Shown: positions 1 to 11,571 of the stretch, one piece after another
How positions within the stretch are numbered: position 1 is the stretch's first letter
How the letters are laid out: each line of letters opens with the position of its first letter
Origin: Leidyana gryllorum EB-2025a
Taxonomy: Eukaryota; Protista; Apicomplexa
Direction: 5' to 3'
DNA: 64,000 nt
Assembly: GCA_048772705.1 (NCBI GenBank)
Contig: JBLWGC010000173.1
Span: 231,371-295,370, forward strand
Program-made: the position numbers and the translations under genes
The notes under the pieces: model-generated
Told to the model about the DNA's origin: nothing
What the model saw: the letters and a program-made list of their open reading frames with translations, nothing else
Database searches by the model: none

Positions 1-2
1 AC

Positions 3-3000
3 AATAAGGGTCCCACTAAACTACCTCGTCGGGAAGCTCGCCTGGCCGGTTATGTTGTGTGCCCTTTCTGGAGCAATGCAGAGGACCTGGAAATGAATAC
101 GATTTACCGTCACATACCCGATTGGTCTTTGACTAGGCGGGTAGGGCCTCCGGGACCCCCCATTTCGATCGCATCGTGTTGTCCGGGATGTACTCTGGAT
201 ACTTGCGGCGAGACTGGCGTGCGAACTCTCACCTTTGCTTCGGAGAGTCTCGCTGTCCGTAACCCGCACCTCTGCCTGCACGACTGCGCTTTCTTTCAAA
301 AAGATCCCTTGGACAACTTGCTGGGTCAACGGACGCCTGTTGAAGGCCCCCACCGTACCTTTGTCTTCGCGCGGAGACCTCCGGACCTTCATGTTGTTAT
401 CGCCGAAGCCAAGGAGGCTAAACTCAAGCTCGAGGAGGCGCAACGTAACAAAGTCGCCACTGTTGTGAAACCCATGCTGGATTCCTATGGCCGATTAGTC
501 TACAGCGCTGCGCCCGAGACGGCTGCGAACACCCAGCAGAGTCATCCCCCACCTCAGACCCAATCGTCGGTCTATGATTCTCCCACCATCAGGATAATGG
601 GAGAGAGTGATGAGCCTATCTCTATCTCACTAGCGGACGAACTCAGTGCCCTCAAGTCGGCGAGGTCAAGTCGGTCCTCATCCACGCCGTCGTCAGTAAC
701 AGCTCACTCTCCTCCCCCGCAAAGCGCTCGAAAAGGCTGGTGGAAAGAAAGCGCGGGCACCATGATGTCGAAGGTGAAGGCCATAGTAGCTGGACACCTC
801 CCTCCTCATCTGCGCGGCGTCTTGGGCCGCATATTATTCATGGAATGTTTATTGGACTTAAGTGTCGGTGACGCTCGCAAGGCCGGCAGTGCAGTCAATG
901 CTCTGAGAAGCATTGGACAGCTGTATCGAGAGAAGGGTATTGCAGAAGCGGACGCTATCTCTGCTGTCGTCCTTGGCTGGGTCGAGGCGACCATCGTCAA
1001 GACTGAGGCACCAGACAAGATACACTACGGCGTGCTCTTCGTGGACGCAGGCGAGGCTGATAATGCCGGAGTCCTGGTAGCTGACCTCTTCGGCACTCGT
1101 CCTGCCCGTGGAGACCCTCTTTTCACTGAAGCATTCGCCTCAGAAAACGAGCTACTCCTACGCGTGTGCCACCTGATCGACCAGATCGATCCAATAATGC
1201 TCGCAGCATGGGACATTCGTCAGGCATCTGTTGGCTATTTCATGAAACGACTGGCAGTTGTTATGGGAACTCCTGATGCTATGGGATGGCTGTCGCGGAT
1301 CCGCAAAGAAGGTGTACCCGGTCCCCCTATAGCGACTTCCGGTCAATTGGCCCCGACTGCCACCGTCGGGGCCACAGGGGAGCAGAAACGGGCTATGCAA
1401 GCTCTCACATCCAGTACGTATCATTCATAGCACATCAAATTCCTCATTCATGTCCTCTTTCAGAGATCGTACAGATTGATGGCAGATTGATGCTGAATGG
1501 CTGGCGAATCTTCAAGGGGGAGGTTCGTGTAGCGAACTTCAGTTTCCACAATATTGTGAAACATGTGACGAAGATCGTATTACCCAAATATGACCCCTTG
1601 ACACTTCATGTCTGGTGGCACACACGTGTGAAGGGTCGATATCCGTACCGTCAAAATTGCATTACGTATTTAATAAACGTTATAGAAGCGTTCCAAGCGA
1701 CTATGGCACAGCTCGACACGATATCGAAGTCCTGCAATATGGCGCAAGTGTTTGGGCTGGAGTGGTCCAGTACCTTCTTTCGGGGTTCTCAGTTCTTTGT
1801 TGAGGCGCTGTTATGTCGGGCGAGTCGACGTCTGGGGCTCTTACTCTTGACGGCCTCCAAAAAGCAAGTTTTTGAACAAGACGCTTTGGAAGCGATACCA
1901 ATGGTTCTTGAACCACAATCATGTTTCTTCTTTTCACCTGTCATCGTGGTGGATTATCAGAGTTTATATCCCAGTTTGGTAATTGGTCATAATCTGTGTT
2001 ACTCGACTTGTCTGGGGAAGTATCATCGCCTGAAAGCTGCAGTACAGGAGGCCATCGGGAAATGCAAGAAGCAATGTCCAAAGTGCGATAAAGCTCCGAT
2101 TGTATGTACCAGTTGTCAACACAAGGAGACGATCAACATCAAAATGGGTGTTCATGAGCTCCAGCTCAAATTGTCAGACTTTGCCGATCTTCCGCATGTT
2201 CGGCCCGATGGAGTCAGCGTTCGGACCAGCCATTTGCTCCATGTCACTCCAAATGGATCAGTATTCGTAACGGACAAAGTCAAGAGAGGTCTCCTTCCTT
2301 CTCTACTCGAGAAAATTCTCCAATCTCGGATAATGCTCAAAGGGTCTCAGAAGCTTTACAAAGGCAAATCCGACAGTATCCAACAGACACTAAACCATCA
2401 GCAATTCTCGCTGAAGTTCGTGGCCAACGTTACGTAAGTGATCGATCATATGCGACACCAGATCACTCTTTGTAGTTACGGATATACCGGAGCGTCATTC
2501 AGTGGGCGGATGCCGTGCGGGGAAGTCGCGGATGCGATCGTTTCCCTCGCTCGTCATACACTACAGAGCACCATTGAGATGATCGAGAAAACCGACTTGT
2601 AAGTAAGGGCCGCCGTCTCTGAAAGATGCTTTGATTTCCAGCGGGCGAAAAGTAGAAGTTGTATATGGCGACACCGACTCGATTTTTATCCACGTTCCAG
2701 ATGGGTCAATGGAAGAAGCTTTCCGTATCGGAGAACAGATAGTTGGAGACGCGACCCGTCGAACTGTGCGACCAATGGAGCTCAAGTTGGAGAAGGTGTA
2801 TCAAACCTGCTGTCTCCAAACCAAGAAGAGGTATACAGGACAGGCATTCGAGTCACTGCAGGACTGGTTGAAGGCCAACCCCGGAACGAAAGAAGGCGAC
2901 AACGCGGTCCAAGCACTGCCGATGCATCTGAGAGCTGCAGAATACAGACGCGGCGGTTTCTTTGACTCTAAGGGTATTGAGACCATCCGCCGAGACCAAT

Positions 3001-4636
3001 GCCCCCTGGTCCAGAAAACGACCGCTCGCTTCATACAAAGCATCTTCCACCATAGCAACTTCTCCTTGGTAAGATATTTGGTAGCACACACACGTGTGTG
3101 CATTCTTATGCTACTCTATCTACGCAGCTACGCAATACCTTCAATATTACAATAGCCGATATGACAAGTGCTGTCAGCCCAGAGCCAATCACCTCCATAC
3201 CCAAACTACCTCCGCCTTTCCCACCGATTGACCGGTCTCGTATGTTGCCTCCGGCGCTGACCAAATCTGCCAACTTTATGACTTTGGGCGACTTTATATT
3301 TGCCAAGGATGTCAAATTGGGGCAATATGCGTGGAATCGTGGCGGGGCCGCTCACACTCTCCCCCCACAAGCTGCTGTGGCGCTATGGATCACGGAGCTC
3401 CAAAATGATTATGTGCAAGCTCGACGCGGCCCTCACGAGCCCGTGAACCCATTGCCGGTGGAAGACTCGCTTGTGGGCGACGAAGATGAAGTGGACGGGT
3501 CGTTGGTGAACGGCGCTGAGACATCTGGCGAGAACGACAGTGTGGCGGTGTTCGATCAGCACGAACAGGTCGCCTTCTTTGTGGCCACGGGGCAAACGGG
3601 AATGCGGATCAATGATCGAGCAGTGACTTCGTACCGAGTGATAGCCCATCCGCCCAGATTATTGAGTGAGGTGGTGAACCCGGTGGTGCAATGGACATTG
3701 TTGCAACTGTGGAAGAGGGCTGTAGGCCAGTACCCGATTAGTGTTCATCTGGATTACTACACGAATAAGCAGGTTTGTCAAGTGATCCGTCGTTTGGCCG
3801 TTTTGCTTCCGGCGTCGAGTGGAGACATATTGAAAGGGTTACCGTTTGAGAGATGGGTGAATAGTCTGGCGCGTACAGATGTGCCAGGGCCAGTGTCTCC
3901 CTCACTGCCTCGCGGGCAGTTGACTAGTGACAACGATGCTGTTGTGAGTCGATTTCGAGGGATAGAGACGGATCGGGCATTGGACGAAGTGATGCCACCA
4001 CCATTGAGCAGTGAGATGGAGGCTGCAGGAGCGGTTGAAAGCGAGGAGGAGGACGAGTTGCCTGACTTGGATATGATATTGCCTGATCCGATTGACGATC
4101 CAAGTAGCCCTGAGAATCGGTTCAAAGCCCCCGTGGGTCCACTCGCTGGTGCCCGGACACTGGAACAGTTTATGCGGAGAGGGCCCCACCAACAGGGTGG
4201 GTCGACCAGCAAAGCACAGCATGTCGGGGATGATGCCGACCGGCTGTGTCGGCTGTGTCGTGGTAGATTGTCAGTTTACGAGATGCATAAAGAGCCGAAA
4301 TCACAGTTACAATACAGCTGGATGTTACGAAAGCGAGTGTTGAATTCCTGCAGCCGTAATGTGGGGGTCGAGGAGGAGAAAGCTGAGCAGTCGAGTATGG
4401 ATGGAGTGTGTCAAGCGTGTCAGCAATGTGCTGCGTCCGCGCACTTGGAGGAAATGCGAACTTTGCGAGCTATTGAGTACGGCATGCTGGCTGCACGGCG
4501 GGTGTGCTTAGATTGCACCCGAGGGGGTCTCATTGAAGTAGATAATTGTCGTGATGCTCTGCACTGTCCAGTATATTTCAGACGACATGCATTCCAACAA
4601 AAATGGGATTTGTGGCAAGCACGGCTTGATCAATGA
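3..4636 (+). CDS. REV3: DNA polymerase zeta catalytic subunit (5'-partial, multi-exon)
   Basis: B-family motifs DYQSLYPS and YGDTDS are present. Splicing intron 2434-2475 restores the pol-zeta signature ANVT|YGYTGASFSGRMPC. Also RGSQF, LEKVY, KGIETIRRD and C-terminal Cys clusters (CRLC/CQAC, CLDC...C..LHC). Other introns at about 1414-1463, 2599-2641 and 3069-3128. The frame is open from the window edge. Confidence 0.95.
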
Positions 4637-4805
4637 AGGCAAAGTAATTTCACTCTACCACTGCCAAGTCCCTATCCAATCTAACAGGTCTCCTTTCTCT
4701 TGCGATAAAGACCGTTGGGGTGCTTGCTTTGGTCGTTGTAAGGTCTCTGAGGACCGTTTCGCGGCAGTACCGTCTTTCATTTCTAACTGCACAAGTAACA
4801 TCTTG

Positions 4806-7800
4806 TCAGTGGTGCTCTCTTACCGTATATCTGGAGAGGCCCGAGGGCGATAACGCGCCACCGTCCGACTCGAGGTGTTCAGTGCTAACTTGAGGTGTTA
4901 ATAAACCCTCGGCTTCCAGCAGCTGCTTGACCTCCTGTAACATGTCTTCGTCCGACACCTGAGCCACCAGACTCTTGAGAGTGCCAGTGTCCGGGGCCCG
5001 TCCTTCGCTTGCGCTTTTCTTCATCGAAGTCCTCAGCCGCGATGCTTCTGCCCGAATGAGATCCGCTATCCGTCCCTGCTGCTTCCGTCGTTTCATCGAG
5101 GGTGACCAGATCAGTGTTGGCGTCTCTCGACCGCCTCCTGCCACGCTGCTCTCGGGCAGCTCTGAGGATGGAGGCGTTGCAGCCGTCAATTTCTTCAAGC
5201 TCGCTGACGAGGACGAGTTGCGCAGAATTGATTTGGGTGGGGGTTTTGTCAAATCAGAGGGTTCCCGTACTGCTGCTTTCTTTGCGAATTCCGCAACATT
5301 GTCCTGCAGATCCTGCTCGGTAAAGGAAACCGACGCAGGTCCCTTCTTCAGACTCGGCTTGGCAATTGGAACCTTTGTGGGTACCGGTCCTGGGCTGGGG
5401 GCATACTCGCCCCGCAATATCGCGTCGGCCTTTGGGGTTATGTCATCGGGCGTAGGTGTGGTCACCCCAAGACTACTGCTCTTCTCATGGGAGGTCGACT
5501 TGGCTGACTCAAAATCTTTGGGAGAAGGGGCCTGTGGACTGCTGAAGACATCTTGTGATGCCGATCTCTGAGCCTCAGTGCTCTTCCGTAAGACATCGAC
5601 TAACCGCGACCCTCCCGGCGACCGGGCCCCCAATAATGCTTTCGTCACACCGCCCGCTCTCTTTTGAAAGGCTTTGGACGCAGGGCTCGCTGCTGATGGA
5701 TTGGTGACTCCTGCGAGTCCCGTCACTGAACTGGATGGGCTACCGCCGCTGCTGGCATTATCTACCGTCTCCTCTGCTGGTTTCTTCCCCAAAAGCTGTT
5801 TCTTGGGTACCAAGAAGCTTCCCCCTGGACCGACATCTGACTGGATCGACGACGCCGAATCCAACTCCACCTTCTTCAGTGGAACCGGAAACTTCTTTGG
5901 CTGAGGAAGCTGTGGAAGGTCAACGAGATCATCGCCCACTTCCTCCCCCGGCAGCGACTCGCCTCGTATCGGAGGCATCGCTTGCATGTCTTGAATCGAA
6001 CCTCTCTTCTCTCCAATAGACTCAGGAGACTTGCTGGAGGGCGCCGGCTTCTTTGACAAAAAGGGTCCTTTCTGGAATCCCTTGGCCGGAGGTCTCTCGA
6101 CGTCCTCGCCTGCGCTCGAGGGCGGAGGCGTGGGAGCATCGGGAGTGGGAGCCGCAGGTGGAGAGCTTTTCTTTTTCGGAAGTACTGGTGCCTTCTTGGG
6201 TAGTATTGGAGCCTTCTTTGTCGCTGGCGTACTGTCTGTCACGCTGGAAGGAGGCGGAGTCGGTGGGGGAGACGCCGTTGTTGTCTCTGCTCTCGGTGGA
6301 GAGCCACCAGACGCCTTAGAAGTCGGGATTGAAGCTTTCTGGATTATCACCTCGGGGGCGTTCTCCATTGAGGGCGCCAGAGACGAGTCTGTGTTTGTGT
6401 TCGTATTCGGACCGCTTTCTAACGCCTGTACCTTCTTAGGCACAGGCGGCTTCTTCATCGGAGGGACCTTCTTCTCACTCACTGACTCCTTCACTTTCAT
6501 AGCTGGGGGTGATTGCTTCTTGATCTCTTCAGTGTCGTTCTTTGCTGCAGGAGGGGGACTGGATGCTTGGGGTGGGGAGGACTCTTGCTGCACTGCCTCT
6601 TCCGAGTCGCCGGCTTTCGCCGGAGGCCCTTTCTTTGGGGGCAGAGGTCCCTTCTTGGGCAGAATCGGCGCCTTCTTCCCGCCGCCTATTTCTTCGACCT
6701 TCGGACCAGTCTCCGCTATGGGTTCTACTTCGGACTTCTTCGGTGGCGGTGGCGGTTTCTTGAGGACAGACGGGGCCTCTTTGGGAGGAGAGTCAACGGC
6801 ACTCCCCTCGGCTGGGGACTCGGCTGCTTTCTTTGGTGGCGGTGGCGGTTTCTTGAGGACAGACGGGGCCTCTTTGGGAGATTCGCCGACGGCACTCCCC
6901 TCGGCTGGGGACTCGGCTGCTTTCTTCGGTGGCGGTGGAGGCGGTTTCTTGAGGACAGAGGGGGCCTCTTTGACAGATCCAGCCCTAACGTCATCACCCT
7001 GAGGCTCAGTCGATTTCTTCGGCGGTGGAGGCGGTTTCTTGAGGGCAGAGGGGGCCTCTTTGGGAGATTCGCCGACGCTCGTGTCATCCGGTGAGATTGG
7101 AGCCTTCTTGGCTGGGAGTGGCGGCTTCTTGAGTATCGCTGGACCCGTCTTGGCGGCTTCCGTCTCCTTTGTGGCCGGCGGACCGCTCTCGGCGGTTGCT
7201 TTGGATGAGAGAGGAGACGGCGGCTTCTTCATCACAGGAGGTGCTGGGCGGTCTCCGACATCACTCTCGTCGGCTGACAAGTCAGTTCCCTCAAATTCAA
7301 TTGATTTCCGCACACTCAGAGACGGAGCTTTCTTGGTGGTGGGGGGTCCCTCACCAGCCTTCTTGGCGGGCAGCGGTGGCTTCTTCATCCCAGGGACTTT
7401 CTTTGCTTCTCCTGCATCCTCTGCCTGAACACTGGCGGACTCAACTGGAGACGGTGATCCCTTTGGCTCTTCAGATTGCGCCTCTGTATCGGGCGCGACA
7501 CTCTTCTTGGGCGGCGGTGGCGGAGGCTTCTTCGAGACTGTCGGAGGTTCCACTTTGCTCACTTCACTCCCGGTGTCTGTCACTGTCGCTGTCGCTGTCT
7601 TCTTTGGAGGTGGCGGAGGGGCTTTCTTGGTGAGGGGTGGAGAGTCATCTGCTGCGAGTGGGTCACTGGCCTCTCCTCCTTGCTGTTTGCTGGTTGGTGG
7701 TGAGGGTGTCGGTTTCTTTGGCACAGCGGGTGTTGGCTCGGGTTGTGAGTCGGCAGCAGTTTCGGCCCCTTTCTTCAAAGGAGGTGGAGGCGGTTTCTTT

Positions 7801-10800
7801 AAACCCACACCGGTCTGTTCGACTCCAGTCTTCTTGGATGGGGGGGAAGGTTTCATCGGCATGTCGGGCTCTTTGTCGGATGACACATCGGATGCAGTCT
7901 CGGTGACGGTCATTTTGGCCAGAGGTCCTTTCTTGAGGGGAGGAGATGGCTTCTTAGGGGCGTCTCCTCCGTCATCAGCGACCTTTTTGCTCATCACAGT
8001 GGGTGTGACTTTCTTGGGTACTGCTTTTGGAGGCCGATCTGAGTCAGAGTCCACGTCGCTCGTTATCGCAGAGGAGGTCTGGCTGGGAGTGAGAGCCGCT
8101 TTGCCCATAGCCATCTTCCCTTTGGGAGGTGGCGGTGGTTTGGAAGGGAGTTCTTTGCTCCGTGGTGGTGGAGCTTCGATCTCTTCCTCCGGAGGTGGAC
8201 TCACAGAGACCATTGTGCCACTCTTGGAGCGGGCGGCCTCTCTGGTCATCTTGGTGGCAGTGGGCACTTTGGGTCCCAGGAGACGCGCCAATTCCGCCAC
8301 TCGATCAGCCATATTGTTGGAGGGTCCATCCTTCTGTGAAGGCATTGTCATCTTCGGTTTGGACACCCCCTGAGCTGCTGGCGAGGCTCCTGTTCTGATT
8401 TCGAGACTCTTGTGTGTCCCCGGGAGCGGCCGAGAAGGTGGCGATGTTTGTCCACCTGAGGAAAGAGAAATCGGTGATTGTAAAGGCGATTGGGGCAGTA
8501 ATGTGCGATAATTGGGCCCCAACTCCTCCTCTGTTGTCATTCTTAACGGAGACGGAGTGGGACAGAACATTCGAGATGCAAGCTGCTCAGTACCTGTCTT
8601 TGGTGGGGGTTTGGGACTTTCTTCCCTGCTGGATGAGGGCGTCAGATCTCGCCGGTGGAGATTCTTCACACTCGCGACTCCCGGAGGAAACCTCTCTCTG
8701 CTGCCACTCACAGTTCCAGCCGTGAAGGCTTGGACTGGAGTGCCGAGAGGGGCATCATACTCGACGTCCAGCGGATCGCGGGGCATAATGTCCCATGGTT
8801 TCCTCCGCTTGGGAGACTTTGGCGTAGACGGGTGACTGGCGGCTTCCTGCTCCGCCAACTGTTGTGCACGTACCTTCGACTTGAGCGGACCCATAGCCGA
8901 GGCTCCACTCGACTGACGCGATACAGTGGAAGACTTGGGGCCAACGCGATCATTGCCAGCCTCGCCAGCCCTCATCTTAGCTTTGCGCTGTCTGATCATA
9001 TTGAGGAGCTGAGGGCTGTCGAAGTCTTTCGCGTCGTCGACGAGGGCATCGACTAAGGCAATGACCCGTCCACTCGCTTGGTGTGCATCTTGATCACGAT
9101 CGCGGCTCTCGGCACCCGGACGTCCCTTCTCAGCCTTAGACTTCATCAGGACCAGCAGATCTTCGACGCTGTCTTTTGTCAACCCGAGTTCCAACAGCTC
9201 GTCTTTGATGATAGCATAATGCTCTTGCCGCTTGCCGCGTGGGCCATACAATAAGAAATCTGCCCAACTCTCTCCATTTCCAGGATACCCTCTGTCTCGT
9301 CTGGCGACCAATTTGTTCCACTGCTCATCGCGTTTGTGCGTAGAGATCTCGGCAGTCGACTGCCGCCGTGTCTCCTTCTCTTCACGAGCCTTCTTCAACG
9401 TCTCCGCCATATCAGCCGACATTAGAGGATACATCTCGAATGGTACCTTCCCACCAGACGCTGACGACACCGGATCGATCGAATACTCGCCTTCCATTGT
9501 GTACACTTTGCTCTTCTTGGACGACGAACCGCTGTCTCGCTTGTCCTTCGAGGACGATCCGCTGTCTCGTTTGTCTTTAGATCGACTGATCGCCGTCTTG
9601 GCGCGCTCTCTATCACGTCGACTCGGAGTCGGCGACCTGTGTCTCTCCTTCTCCTTCTCCTTCTCTTTGCCGCGACGGGTGGGAGTCGGCGACTTGTCCT
9701 TCTCATGTCGCTTCGACTTGGAATGAGACGCCACCTTCGACTCCACCGTGGGCGAACGGCTCCCACCACGAGGCGACGGAGACCGAGACGACGATCGCAC
9801 CTTCTTGGGAGAGGCCATCTCACTGCCGCTGCGCGATTGCCGTTCCGAAGATCGGGATCCCTTTCCCTGTTTCCGTACTCGGATATCGTCATATTTGTCC
9901 CGTTTCGAATCGTATGTAATTCTTTCCGGCATCGAACGCATCGCACGCGTCGGGGGCACAGGAGACGAAAGCAGAACCGGTTGGGCTGTCGCGCGACGGC
10001 CTGTCGCCCGACTCCCCGGACCCAAAGGACTGCGAGTGCCTTCACGACTCCGTGAGGGTGAGAGCGACGCCCGAGACTTGGTGCTCTCCTGCACTGTTGG
10101 GGGACTCATTGTCGGGCTTTGACCCTCTTTGCTTCGGGAACGTTTCTTCACCTCTCCGGGAGCACTCCCGCCTCTCCGAAGGCGTACATCGGTGTCATCA
10201 GCATCCTCACGGCGGCCCGCCATCTCCTCCTCATGACCTCGAAGAACGGTGGGATAAGTGCCCAGCCGGTCCACAGCCGCCGGAGTAGCAGACTTGCCTT
10301 GAGATCGCGTCCACGCATCTCGGATCCGTTTCAACGTCTCAGTTCCCTCCTTACTTTTCTTAAAACTCTCACTCGGTTTGGGAGGGGATGGCTGGACCTG
10401 ACTAGGAGAAAGAGACTTCTCTCGTTGTGGAGGCGGCTGCGCTTCCCGACTTGGGCCTCGAGAGACCCTTGCTGGCGAGGAGGTCTTCTGAGGGGAGGGA
10501 GTTTTGGCTGGGCTGGAAGCGTTCTCGCGTCCTGCGGTGACTGTAGAGGGCGACCCCTGTGTCGATTTGCTCTGGGGTCCGGCGGGGGACGTTGATCGTG
10601 ATCGACCCAGTTGGGCGGGTTTTGACGGGGATCCCTTGGAAGGAGGAGGAGAAGGCGCCGTGGGGCGCTCGGGACTCTCCTGAGGGGCAACTGGTGCTGC
10701 TGGTTCTGGTGGAGGCTGCTGCTCTGAAGGTGGCTGAGTTTGTGGCTGTTGAGGAACTGGAATTTGCTGCGTTGAGGTGTCCACTGGGGCCTCAGCTTTG

Positions 10801-11534
10801 CTGTGCATTTGGTTAGGAGGAGAGGAGGGTTGTGCCGCATTCGGGGGAGGAGCCGGAGGCAAAGAGATTGGAGGCTGCATTTGGGCAAGATGGGAAGGGC
10901 CGGCTACTGTTGGTGGCTGGGGGGGAAGTGGGTTGTGCTGAGCTAAGAGATCATGGGGGTCACTGCCTGCGCCAATGCCATAGACCTCATCAGCATACGA
11001 TACGTGGGATCCTCTGGCATTAGGGCGTGTTGAATGTACAAAAGGAGCAGCGAAGACTTCGTCAGTGTGACCGTCCTGCACTTGACGCATGGCTGGGTGC
11101 ACAGAGGCAGGGACAGGGCCAGATATACCGAACCCGAAGCTGTATCGAGACATAGGCGGCGGTGGCTCGCGATCCCCGACGAGATGTTTGCCCAGACGGG
11201 AGTGGTGACGTGGAGGGAGCAGTCGATCGCGTTCGGCTTCTTCCCAATCTTGCTTTTTATGTTCTCCTGGGATCATTGGATGGCCTTCCATTGGGGACTG
11301 GAAGCTCTCTTTCTGCCATATTCGTTTCCGTGGGCCTGGTTGGCGCACCCTGACGACAGCTTGCAAAGGGCCTATGGCTTCATATTGGCACCGGAACGAA
11401 CGACGCTCCCTCATGGGAGCCGGATGGCCAAATAACAGGCCTAACCGCCTGGTGAGGTTTGAAGGGGGGATCCGTGGCCGGATGAAGTGCCTAGGACGGG
11501 GAGATTTGGTGCGTTTTTCCCATACTGCTGTCAT
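4806..11534 (-). CDS. Very large intronless Pro/Ser/Lys-rich low-complexity protein of unknown function
   Basis: One uninterrupted ORF of about 6.7 kb. The first in-frame ATG is at 11534 (the track start at 11561 is GTG). It has an RS-like block, many KKPPPPPKK motifs and no recognisable globular domain. Confidence 0.85.
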   Translation of the reverse strand: MTAVWEKRTKSPRPRHFIRPRIPPSNLTRRLGLLFGHPAPMRERRSFRCQYEAIGPLQAVVRVRQPGPRKRIWQKESFQSPMEGHPMIPGEHKKQDWEEAERDRLLPPRHHSRLGKHLVGDREPPPPMSRYSFGFGISGPVPASVHPAMRQVQDGHTDEVFAAPFVHSTRPNARGSHVSYADEVYGIGAGSDPHDLLAQHNPLPPQPPTVAGPSHLAQMQPPISLPPAPPPNAAQPSSPPNQMHSKAEAPVDTSTQQIPVPQQPQTQPPSEQQPPPEPAAPVAPQESPERPTAPSPPPSKGSPSKPAQLGRSRSTSPAGPQSKSTQGSPSTVTAGRENASSPAKTPSPQKTSSPARVSRGPSREAQPPPQREKSLSPSQVQPSPPKPSESFKKSKEGTETLKRIRDAWTRSQGKSATPAAVDRLGTYPTVLRGHEEEMAGRREDADDTDVRLRRGGSAPGEVKKRSRSKEGQSPTMSPPTVQESTKSRASLSPSRSREGTRSPLGPGSRATGRRATAQPVLLSSPVPPTRAMRSMPERITYDSKRDKYDDIRVRKQGKGSRSSERQSRSGSEMASPKKVRSSSRSPSPRGGSRSPTVESKVASHSKSKRHEKDKSPTPTRRGKEKEKEKERHRSPTPSRRDRERAKTAISRSKDKRDSGSSSKDKRDSGSSSKKSKVYTMEGEYSIDPVSSASGGKVPFEMYPLMSADMAETLKKAREEKETRRQSTAEISTHKRDEQWNKLVARRDRGYPGNGESWADFLLYGPRGKRQEHYAIIKDELLELGLTKDSVEDLLVLMKSKAEKGRPGAESRDRDQDAHQASGRVIALVDALVDDAKDFDSPQLLNMIRQRKAKMRAGEAGNDRVGPKSSTVSRQSSGASAMGPLKSKVRAQQLAEQEAASHPSTPKSPKRRKPWDIMPRDPLDVEYDAPLGTPVQAFTAGTVSGSRERFPPGVASVKNLHRRDLTPSSSREESPKPPPKTGTEQLASRMFCPTPSPLRMTTEEELGPNYRTLLPQSPLQSPISLSSGGQTSPPSRPLPGTHKSLEIRTGASPAAQGVSKPKMTMPSQKDGPSNNMADRVAELARLLGPKVPTATKMTREAARSKSGTMVSVSPPPEEEIEAPPPRSKELPSKPPPPPKGKMAMGKAALTPSQTSSAITSDVDSDSDRPPKAVPKKVTPTVMSKKVADDGGDAPKKPSPPLKKGPLAKMTVTETASDVSSDKEPDMPMKPSPPSKKTGVEQTGVGLKKPPPPPLKKGAETAADSQPEPTPAVPKKPTPSPPTSKQQGGEASDPLAADDSPPLTKKAPPPPPKKTATATVTDTGSEVSKVEPPTVSKKPPPPPPKKSVAPDTEAQSEEPKGSPSPVESASVQAEDAGEAKKVPGMKKPPLPAKKAGEGPPTTKKAPSLSVRKSIEFEGTDLSADESDVGDRPAPPVMKKPPSPLSSKATAESGPPATKETEAAKTGPAILKKPPLPAKKAPISPDDTSVGESPKEAPSALKKPPPPPKKSTEPQGDDVRAGSVKEAPSVLKKPPPPPPKKAAESPAEGSAVGESPKEAPSVLKKPPPPPKKAAESPAEGSAVDSPPKEAPSVLKKPPPPPKKSEVEPIAETGPKVEEIGGGKKAPILPKKGPLPPKKGPPAKAGDSEEAVQQESSPPQASSPPPAAKNDTEEIKKQSPPAMKVKESVSEKKVPPMKKPPVPKKVQALESGPNTNTNTDSSLAPSMENAPEVIIQKASIPTSKASGGSPPRAETTTASPPPTPPPSSVTDSTPATKKAPILPKKAPVLPKKKSSPPAAPTPDAPTPPPSSAGEDVERPPAKGFQKGPFLSKKPAPSSKSPESIGEKRGSIQDMQAMPPIRGESLPGEEVGDDLVDLPQLPQPKKFPVPLKKVELDSASSIQSDVGPGGSFLVPKKQLLGKKPAEETVDNASSGGSPSSSVTGLAGVTNPSAASPASKAFQKRAGGVTKALLGARSPGGSRLVDVLRKSTEAQRSASQDVFSSPQAPSPKDFESAKSTSHEKSSSLGVTTPTPDDITPKADAILRGEYAPSPGPVPTKVPIAKPSLKKGPASVSFTEQDLQDNVAEFAKKAAVREPSDLTKPPPKSILRNSSSSASLKKLTAATPPSSELPESSVAGGGRETPTLIWSPSMKRRKQQGRIADLIRAEASRLRTSMKKSASEGRAPDTGTLKSLVAQVSDEDMLQEVKQLLEAEGLLTPQVSTEHLESDGGALSPSGLSRYTVREHH
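6735..7080 (-). repeat. Coding tandem repeat, about 4 units of 90-96 bp (…SPKEAPSVLKKPPPPPKK…)
   Basis: The anchor tgagg(a/g)caga(c/g)ggggcctcttt recurs at about 6761, 6854, 6950 and 7040. Confidence 0.9.
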
Positions 11535-11571
11535 GTTCACTCGGCATGCAGGACGATGCACGGCACGTAAT

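Noticed and set aside
3-4636. Viral or Polinton-type B-family polymerase
   Set aside because: It carries pol-zeta-specific motifs, spliceosomal introns and C-terminal Cys clusters, with no integrase or capsid genes nearby.
6735-7080. CRISPR-like repeat-spacer pattern
   Set aside because: Unit lengths are multiples of 3 within a CDS, the spacers are mutually homologous, no cas genes are present and the DNA is eukaryotic.
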